From contig OY843585.1 in the NCBI GenBank assembly GCA_963692945.1, forward strand, positions 720,001 through 752,000: a stretch of 32,000 nt of DNA. Reading direction: 5' to 3'. Origin of the DNA: Bdellovibrionales bacterium (lineage in GTDB: Bacteria > Bdellovibrionota > Bdellovibrionia > Bdellovibrionales > UBA1609). The position numbers were made by a program, and so were the translations under genes. This document shows, piece by piece, positions 15,763 to 21,535 of the stretch (within the stretch, counting starts at the first letter, position 1; each line of letters starts with the position of its first letter). The notes below the pieces were generated by a model. The model searched no databases. It was not told the DNA's origin and saw only the letters and a program-made list of their open reading frames with translations.

Positions 15763-15989
15763 TAATTTTCTTTATCTCTTGGAGGGAATGGATCATTTCC
15801 GTAAGAATCTTTAGAACGAATTTTTCCATCTCTACCGTGGGTTACAACTTCAGATTTAGATATTTTAGCTCTAACAGTTGCACTTTTTATAGCATTTTTT
15901 TGAGTATTATGTGAAGACAATACGCGTCCAGAATTTTTTACAGACCAACCTTTTCCTAGTTTTACAATATGAAAGTCTTTTTTAGACAT
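15762..15989 (-). CDS. DUF2188-family small protein
   Basis: 75 aa. FHIVKLGKGWSVKNSG...THGRDGKIRSKDSYGNDPFPPRD matches the DUF2188 pattern (WaVk...HgrdGrI...DSYGnDP.PP). Its TAATG stop-start overlaps the RES gene. Confidence 0.75.
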   Translation of the reverse strand: MSKKDFHIVKLGKGWSVKNSGRVLSSHNTQKNAIKSATVRAKISKSEVVTHGRDGKIRSKDSYGNDPFPPRDKEN

Positions 15990-16134
15990 ACCTACACCTC
16001 CTTTCCAAGTAGATTGTATTATAAATGATCTATTTTTTCAAATTATATTTTAAATTAAGGGAATATAAAAACATTTTTTAAAAAATTTTTCATAGAGATA
16101 TAAAATCTAATGTTGTATAATAAAGGAGTAAAGA

Positions 16135-16227
16135 ATGCCAAAGACAATAAGTGAAAAAAGAAAAAGCTCTTACGATAAAGGTTGGCATAAAAGAAATAGT
16201 GCAATTAAAAAAAACTTACAGAAATAA
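16135..16227 (+). CDS. Small basic ORF (30 aa), divergent from the DUF2188-RES operon; contains an A8 tract
   Basis: A strong AAGGAG lies 7 nt before the ATG. Translation: MPKTISEKRKSSYDKGWHKRNSAIKKNLQK. With A9 in place of A8 (16207-16214) the frame continues as KKKLTEIREDIDKFLDQLEKGKEIK-stop. Confidence 0.35.
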   Translation: MPKTISEKRKSSYDKGWHKRNSAIKKNLQK

Positions 16228-16334
16228 GAGAAGATATAGATAAGTTTTTAGACCAATTAGAAAAAGGTAAAGAGATAAAATAGAAGTCCTATGAAAAACT
16301 TTTATAACTTTTTTGGTAAGGCATATTAAATTTG

Positions 16335-16841
16335 TTACCTGCAATCTGATAGAAAGCAACCACCATTTCTAGAGCCTACATGTTTTAATTTTATCGTATT
16401 CCCTTGATTATCTGTGCAAGCTGTTTTGTAGTTTAATTTTTCATGGGAAACATCAAGACAAATAAAACCTCTGCTATGACTAACTTCACCACCACAATGA
16501 AGCCCTTTTATAATTGAACGATTATAACTACCGCTTCTTATAGATATCTGATTCGGAGGAAGAGGGGATGAGTGTGTGATTGGGGTTCCAGCACCTGCAG
16601 TTCCAGCCCTTCCATAACTATCGCATTTAATTCCTATTTCAGAGTAGGAATCACACTCACTGAGAGGTTTAAGAGTTAAACAAGCTTCTAAGGCTTTGCT
16701 AATGTTTGTAATACTAGCATTTATTACTCTTAAAGCAGCTTTACTTTGATATTTATTGTAAGCAGGTATCACAATAGAAGCTAATACTCCTACAATTCCA
16801 ACTACGATTAAAACTTCTATAAGTGAAAAACCTTTTTTCAT
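16335..16841 (-). CDS. Type IV pilin-like protein (prepilin N-terminal cleavage/methylation motif)
   Basis: MKKG|FSLIEVLIVVGIVGVLASIVIPAY is a class III signal with Glu5. The C-terminal domain contains Cys. Confidence 0.85.
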   Translation of the reverse strand: MKKGFSLIEVLIVVGIVGVLASIVIPAYNKYQSKAALRVINASITNISKALEACLTLKPLSECDSYSEIGIKCDSYGRAGTAGAGTPITHSSPLPPNQISIRSGSYNRSIIKGLHCGGEVSHSRGFICLDVSHEKLNYKTACTDNQGNTIKLKHVGSRNGGCFLSDCR

Positions 16842-16902
16842 TTTATTATTCCTTTATTAGTTCATTAGTTATTTCTGTTTTTTACTTGCTACATACCCCT
16901 AT

Positions 16903-17508
16903 CTAAAAGCCAGGAACAACAGGGGATGGCTTGAACTCTGTCGGTGTAAAAATTTTTGGAAGTGCTGGAGGGTTTCTTCCTCCACTTAATCCTGGATGAG
17001 TGTGTGTAGGTGCAGGATGATTGTGTGGATGATCGTGTGCAGGTGTTGCATGAGTGTGTGCAGTTGTTGCATGAGTGTGTGCAGGTGTTGCATGAGTGTG
17101 TGCAGTTGCAGGATGAGTGTGTGGAGGTATAGAAGCTAAATTTCTCACAACACCACACCTGTTACTCGTATCGGTAGGGGAAGACTTATAAAGTTCACAA
17201 CATTGCTCTAAAGTAACTCCCTCATCTAAAGTAAATTTTGAATCATCTCTTTCAAGACTTAATTCAAAGTTAGCCCCTGTGCTTTTGCTTGGGTCTGTAA
17301 CTTCAATAGGTCTTATCAAATCTTGTGATTTTAAAACTCTTTCAATCTCTTTTTTACAAGCATCATTCGGTCTTGGATCAGGGGGGTTCGTGGCAAGATT
17401 GTTTATGGCTAGATAGACTTTCATTTTAGCCCAATCTCTTTTGTATTTTTTTTGAATTTTAGATTGGGATTGAGACTGAGAAACCAAAACACTTCCCATT
17501 CCCAGCAT
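16903..17508 (-). CDS. His-rich pilin-like (minor-pilin-like) protein; the listed ORF is N-terminally truncated relative to an open frame reaching 17643
   Basis: The frame is open upstream of Met-17508 and encodes ...INNPQG|STLISVLIASVIGTIVMLGMG (prepilin-like hydrophobic N-terminus lacking Glu5). The C-terminus has (AHTHATP)n repeats. The nearest upstream ATG (17655-17657) is out of frame across a G10 tract. Confidence 0.6.
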   Translation of the reverse strand: MLGMGSVLVSQSQSQSKIQKKYKRDWAKMKVYLAINNLATNPPDPRPNDACKKEIERVLKSQDLIRPIEVTDPSKSTGANFELSLERDDSKFTLDEGVTLEQCCELYKSSPTDTSNRCGVVRNLASIPPHTHPATAHTHATPAHTHATTAHTHATPAHDHPHNHPAPTHTHPGLSGGRNPPALPKIFTPTEFKPSPVVPGF

Positions 17509-17625
17509 AACTATTGTCCCTATTACACTGGCTATTAAGACCGAGATTAAAGTTGAACCTTGAGGGTTGTTTATAGGGGATAAGAGTTTGTAAATGAGAA
17601 AAGACTTACATCTTTTGAAGTAAGA

Positions 17626-17635
17626 GGGGGGGGGG
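17626..17635 (-). repeat. G10 (C10 on the coding strand) homopolymer in the 5' region of the His-rich pilin-like gene
   Basis: taagaGGGGGGGGGGtgaaa is the longest G/C homopolymer seen in this AT-rich window. Confidence 0.95.
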
Positions 17636-17853
17636 TGAAAATTTTATTTAATGACATATAAATATTATCGGCTAAATAAGAAAATATTTCAAATATAAAA
17701 ATAAAGAGATCAAATAGTGGGGAATTTTGCAAACTTAAAATAAATTAGCTTGTCCCCTTAAAAACACCTTGCTTTTCAAGCCTTTCAATCATTCGTTTAA
17801 GTTATTATTTTCTACTTTACATCTTACTATTTTTAAAATAGGTATAGGGGGTT

Positions 17854-18615
17854 ATGAACCTACTTATATCCTTACTTATGAACCTACTTATATCCTTATT
17901 TGTCTTTTTAACTATGGCGACGCAAGCTCTATCGCCTCATGATCTTTTAAACCAAGAACTCATTGAGGCATCTAAGCGTGGTGATAAAGCTCAAGTTGAA
18001 CAGTTACTTCATAGAAACGAAATCAGTCTCTATGCTAGAAATAGAGAAGGAAAAACGGCTCTTATATTAGCGTCTCAAAAAGGTCGTGCAGATATTGTTG
18101 AACTGTTGCTCGCTAAAGGATTTGATGTCAATGCTCATGGTAAAAATGCAGTAAAAACGGCTCTTATATTAGCATCTCAAAAAGGCTATACAGATATCGT
18201 TGAACTGTTGCTCAATGCAGGAGCTAATCCTAATGCTCAAAATTTATTGGAAGAAACGGCTCTTATATTAGCGTCTCAAAAAGGTTATAAGAGTATCGTT
18301 AAACTGCTGATTGTTTCCGAAGACATTGATACAGAAATTAAGAATAGGTATAAAAACACCGCTCGCATGTTGGCTCTTCAAAAAGGTCATAAAGAGATTG
18401 TTCGTTTACTTGATGAGGCAAACGTTAAAAATGAGGCAAACGCTACAAAGAACACAACTAGTTTGGACTCGAGAGACTCGAGAGATTGGTGGAATCCGCA
18501 GACCAAGGCAGATGCTACAAATAACACAACTAGTTTGGAACCTAATAAGGCAAGAAAAAGCAATTGCAAAAAATATTTTTTTAGAGCGAACTCTCATTTA
18601 CAAAAACCTCTGTAA
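17854..18615 (+). CDS. Ankyrin-repeat protein with an N-terminal signal or hydrophobic segment
   Basis: 253 aa with four or more ANK units (GKTALILASQKGxxDIVELLLxxGAxxNA). The first 24 nt, including the ATG, are tandemly duplicated (MNLLISLL-MNLLISLF). Confidence 0.85.
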   Translation: MNLLISLLMNLLISLFVFLTMATQALSPHDLLNQELIEASKRGDKAQVEQLLHRNEISLYARNREGKTALILASQKGRADIVELLLAKGFDVNAHGKNAVKTALILASQKGYTDIVELLLNAGANPNAQNLLEETALILASQKGYKSIVKLLIVSEDIDTEIKNRYKNTARMLALQKGHKEIVRLLDEANVKNEANATKNTTSLDSRDSRDWWNPQTKADATNNTTSLEPNKARKSNCKKYFFRANSHLQKPL

Positions 18616-18660
18616 ATAAAGTTTTCAATATCACTGAGTGTTAAACTGTTTGAGCTAATA

Positions 18661-18775
18661 AAAGTGTCTCAATTTATCTCACTAAAAAAAGTGTCTCAAT
18701 TGAAAAAAGTGTTTCACTGAAAAAAGTGTCTCAATTTGTTTTACTAATAAAAGTGTCTCAATTTGTTTTACTAAA
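18661..18775 (+). repeat. Five copies of an aaagtgtctcaat(ttgttttacta) motif between the ankyrin gene and the pilin gene
   Basis: Cores lie at ~18661, 18688, 18706 (variant gtgtttcac), 18724 and 18750. Another copy lies at ~20371. Confidence 0.8.
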
Positions 18776-18867
18776 AAAGCCTTAGTTTATTTGATTCTAT
18801 AAAAAAATTTTTAATTTATGTATGTAATGAGTCATAATTTTATTTTGAACAATAACAAAAGGAGTTA

Positions 18868-19512
18868 ATGATGTTTAACATGAATAAAAAGATTCGTTCT
18901 TGCTTTAGAAAAAATAAAGGATTTTCATTGATAGAATTACTTGTAGTTGTAGAAATTATTGGAATTTTAGTTGCTGTGGCTATACCAACATACAATCACT
19001 ATAAAGTGGATGCCGCTCAATCTTCATTGACAGCCTCTCTACACTCTATCGGGAAAGCTTTTGCTGCTTGTCTTGCATTGAGGTCTTTTAGTAATTGCAA
19101 CAGTCTATCAGAACTAAAAGTAAGTTGTCCGGACTGTACTAAAGAATCCACTGGAAGAACGGCTATACCTTATTGTGTTGAAGCTAAATTACAGGCAGGA
19201 GGAATAAACCATAAGGCATGTATGTCTTCTTCAGGAGGAATTCCTTTAATTACTGGTAACTGGGATAGTCTTTGTAAGAACATGTCAGCAGATTATATTT
19301 GTAATGCTGCAGGTAATGGATACAATGCACGATCTTCTTGTAATCAGATAGGTTGTTCTAACCCATCTGAATCTATCCCATCAGGTTCATGTACAGCAGC
19401 AGTTACTCGTAAATTCCGTAACTGTGGTGATGACAATAATCCTGAAGCTCGCTCAACGGCTAGTAGCTCTGGTGGAAGTTGTGACACTACAACTGGATTG
19501 TGTAGCCAATAA
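18868..19512 (+). CDS. Type IV pilin-like protein, Cys-rich C-terminal domain
   Basis: AAGGAG Shine-Dalgarno sequence. ...FRKNKG|FSLIELLVVVEIIGILVAVAIPTY class III signal. 214 aa, about 14 Cys. Confidence 0.85.
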   Translation: MMFNMNKKIRSCFRKNKGFSLIELLVVVEIIGILVAVAIPTYNHYKVDAAQSSLTASLHSIGKAFAACLALRSFSNCNSLSELKVSCPDCTKESTGRTAIPYCVEAKLQAGGINHKACMSSSGGIPLITGNWDSLCKNMSADYICNAAGNGYNARSSCNQIGCSNPSESIPSGSCTAAVTRKFRNCGDDNNPEARSTASSSGGSCDTTTGLCSQ

Positions 19513-19560
19513 TTGACTTATTGAAAGGTGTTCTCGCATTTTTTTGTTTTTAAGTATTTA
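19461..19560. repeat. ~100-bp dispersed repeat (copy A): pilin 3' end plus an orphan copy of the 3' end of the minus-strand ankyrin gene
   Basis: Roughly 85% identical by eye to 20451-20550. The reverse complement of 19513-19555 encodes KYLKTKKCENTFQ-stop, versus the genuine ankyrin C-terminus KYLKQKKCKNSFQ-stop. Confidence 0.8.
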
Positions 19561-19635
19561 ACCTTAAAAAAGGAATTTGACTTTCTTTTTACAATAGATA
19601 AAAATTAAAAAAAACTGTAAGAAAGGAGTTTTTAC

Positions 19636-20190
19636 ATGAAAAATCTATTAATTATTGTCAGTCTCATATCCTTAGCATCTTGTGAAGGATTTAAAGAATA
19701 TTGGAAGGGAGAACCATCTGAAAAGGTATCTGAAAAAAAATCATCTCAAAAGAAATCATCGTCACGAGATGCTTTACTTAGAAAATATGTGGGAGCAGCA
19801 GCTGCACTTTTAAAATCAGAAGGACAAACCAAAGCTTTTAAAGCTTTTGCTACACCAACATGGTTTCAAAGTCCAACCTATGTATTTGTTGCAGATTTTA
19901 AAGGAGTTATCTATTTTAATGTTAATAAAGATTATCCTAATGGATCCAATGTTTATAATGAAAAAGATTCTAACGGCAAGTTTTTTGTTCAAGAAATGAT
20001 TCAAATTGCAAAAACTACAGGAAATGGCTTTGTAGAATATAGAATAAAAAATCCAGCAACTGGTAAAGTTGAACCAAAAAGGTCTTTTATCAAAACAGTG
20101 GTCTTAAACAACCCTCAACAAACAAAGTTAATCGTTGGTTCTGGTTATTATTACGAGAGTAATACACCTATGGTACCTATCAGTCAGTAA
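19636..20190 (+). CDS. Lipoprotein with a single Cache (sCache_2-like) sensor domain and no output domain
   Basis: MKNLLIIVSLISLASC lipobox. YVFVADFKGVIYFNVN...KDSNGKFFVQEMIQIAKTTGNGFVEYRIKNPATGKVEPKRSFIKTV...VGSGYYY matches the sCache_2 pattern. Confidence 0.7.
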   Translation: MKNLLIIVSLISLASCEGFKEYWKGEPSEKVSEKKSSQKKSSSRDALLRKYVGAAAALLKSEGQTKAFKAFATPTWFQSPTYVFVADFKGVIYFNVNKDYPNGSNVYNEKDSNGKFFVQEMIQIAKTTGNGFVEYRIKNPATGKVEPKRSFIKTVVLNNPQQTKLIVGSGYYYESNTPMVPISQ

Positions 20191-20271
20191 TACACCTATG
20201 GTACCTATCAGTCAGTAATAAACCTATGGTGCCTATCAGTCAGTAATAAACCTATGGTGCCTATCAGTCAT
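20160..20271 (+). repeat. 28-bp tandem repeat x4; the first copy is the last 28 nt of the Cache lipoprotein CDS
   Basis: taata(c/a)acctatggt(a/g)cctatcagtca(g/t) starts at 20160, 20188, 20216 and 20244. The stop codon TAA (20188-20190) is the first triplet of copy 2. Confidence 0.93.
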
Positions 20272-20281
20272 TAATGAAATC

Positions 20282-20320
20282 ATTCCACAGTGTGAAATTA
20301 AAATCTCATCACTGTGGAAT
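20282..20320 (+). terminator. 11-bp perfect inverted repeat (hairpin), possible terminator or protein-binding site
   Basis: attccacagtg, a 17-nt loop, then cactgtggaat. There is no strong T-run. Confidence 0.3.
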
Positions 20321-20367
20321 AAATAAAATCTTCAATATCAAATGTTAAATTGTTAATCTGTAATAAA

Positions 20368-20505
20368 CTAGTGTCTCAATTTGTTCACTAAAAAAATCTT
20401 GTTTATCTGATTCTATAAAAAATTTTAATTTATGTATCTAACAACATTTAATAGTAGTGGCGGAGTTTGTGACACTACAATTGGATTGTGTATCCAATAA
20501 TGAAC
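20368..20505 (+). pseudogene. Internally deleted paralogue of the 18868-19512 pilin locus (upstream region fused to the last ~15 codons)
   Basis: 20368-20450 aligns with 18750-18835 (pilin upstream region). 20451-20500 aligns with 19461-19512 and encodes ...SSGGVCDTTIGLCIQ-stop versus SSGGSCDTTTGLCSQ-stop. About 625 bp of CDS is absent. Confidence 0.7.
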
Positions 20506-21354
20506 TTATTGAAAACTGTTCTTGCATTTTTTTTGTTTTAAGTATTTTAAAACTTTTGGATTTTTAGTTAGTGTATGTGTTTCTCTTTCAGATCTTGTTT
20601 TTACATTGGGGTCCGCTCCGTGCTTCAAAAGAAGTTTCACCATTTTTTCATTTTCTGAATAAACAGCATTATGTAAAGGGTTCCATCCTATTCGGTCTTG
20701 AATATTTAGATTTATTTTTTTATTTGTAAGAAGAATCTTTGCAGCTTCTAAATTTTTTTTATTTACAACCATTTGAACGGCTGAAATTTTAAGTATATTA
20801 GTTGCATTTATATCAATATCTTTTCTGGTTATAAGTTGATTGAGTATGTTTTTTTCAGGTCCATCAATCGTAAAAAGCAAGGGCTGTAAATAAGATGCAT
20901 AGATCAAAGGTGTATTGTAGTTTGTATCAAGTGCATTGACATCTATATCTTTTTGTTGGAGGAGGAACTCCACGCTTTTTTCGCTTGGTGTGAAAGCGGC
21001 TAGGTGAAGGAGTGTTATATCGTATTCATATTGATAATTTACATTTAAATTTTGATCTATTAAAAACTTCACGAAGCTTACCTTGTCTAAGGCTGTTACT
21101 GTGTAAAGAATTTCATATTTCAAGAGTTCTATCTCTTCTGGTGACATTTTGGCTTCCACCTTGTCTAAAAGATTTTTGAACTTTTCTATATCTCCAGATT
21201 CAATCGTTTCTCCTAGTGCCATGAAATCACTTTTGTCCATCTGGATGACAGGTTTATTTTGTGTCATTTCTGGTGTTAAGGCAAAGCTGACAACAGAACT
21301 AATGGTAAGAAAAAAGTAAAAGAAAAATCTCATAAATCTCCACCATAATTTCAT
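20506..21354 (-). CDS. Ankyrin-repeat protein with signal peptide
   Basis: 282 aa. Hydrophobic N-terminus FFFYFFLTISSVVSFA. ANK-like units (TLLHLAA..., NPLHNAVYSENEKMVKLLLKHGADPN). Confidence 0.8.
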   Translation of the reverse strand: MKLWWRFMRFFFYFFLTISSVVSFALTPEMTQNKPVIQMDKSDFMALGETIESGDIEKFKNLLDKVEAKMSPEEIELLKYEILYTVTALDKVSFVKFLIDQNLNVNYQYEYDITLLHLAAFTPSEKSVEFLLQQKDIDVNALDTNYNTPLIYASYLQPLLFTIDGPEKNILNQLITRKDIDINATNILKISAVQMVVNKKNLEAAKILLTNKKINLNIQDRIGWNPLHNAVYSENEKMVKLLLKHGADPNVKTRSERETHTLTKNPKVLKYLKQKKCKNSFQ

Positions 21355-21535
21355 AAAAAAATGATTTTGACAATAAATAATGCAGTCCTTTATAAATTTT
21401 TAAACTGTCTTTCATTATAAGGAGATTTGGGTAAAGCTATAAACACAGAGGTTTTTTAGAAAAATTTTCATTTCTAAATGAAATGGAGAGTAAAATCTTT
21501 ACTTTTTCTACTTTAAGTTTTATAAGTATTGCCTT

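Noticed and set aside
4263-16330. Integrated mobile element or prophage accounting for the accessory block
   Set aside because: No integrase, transposase, phage structural gene or flanking tRNA/att duplication is visible. The block may still have been horizontally acquired, but the sequence gives no defined boundaries.
16889-17158. 89-aa Cys/His/Thr-rich ORF from the track
   Set aside because: It is an alternative frame of the same 21-nt repeat that encodes the His-rich tail of the 16903-17508 gene. It has no independent start context.
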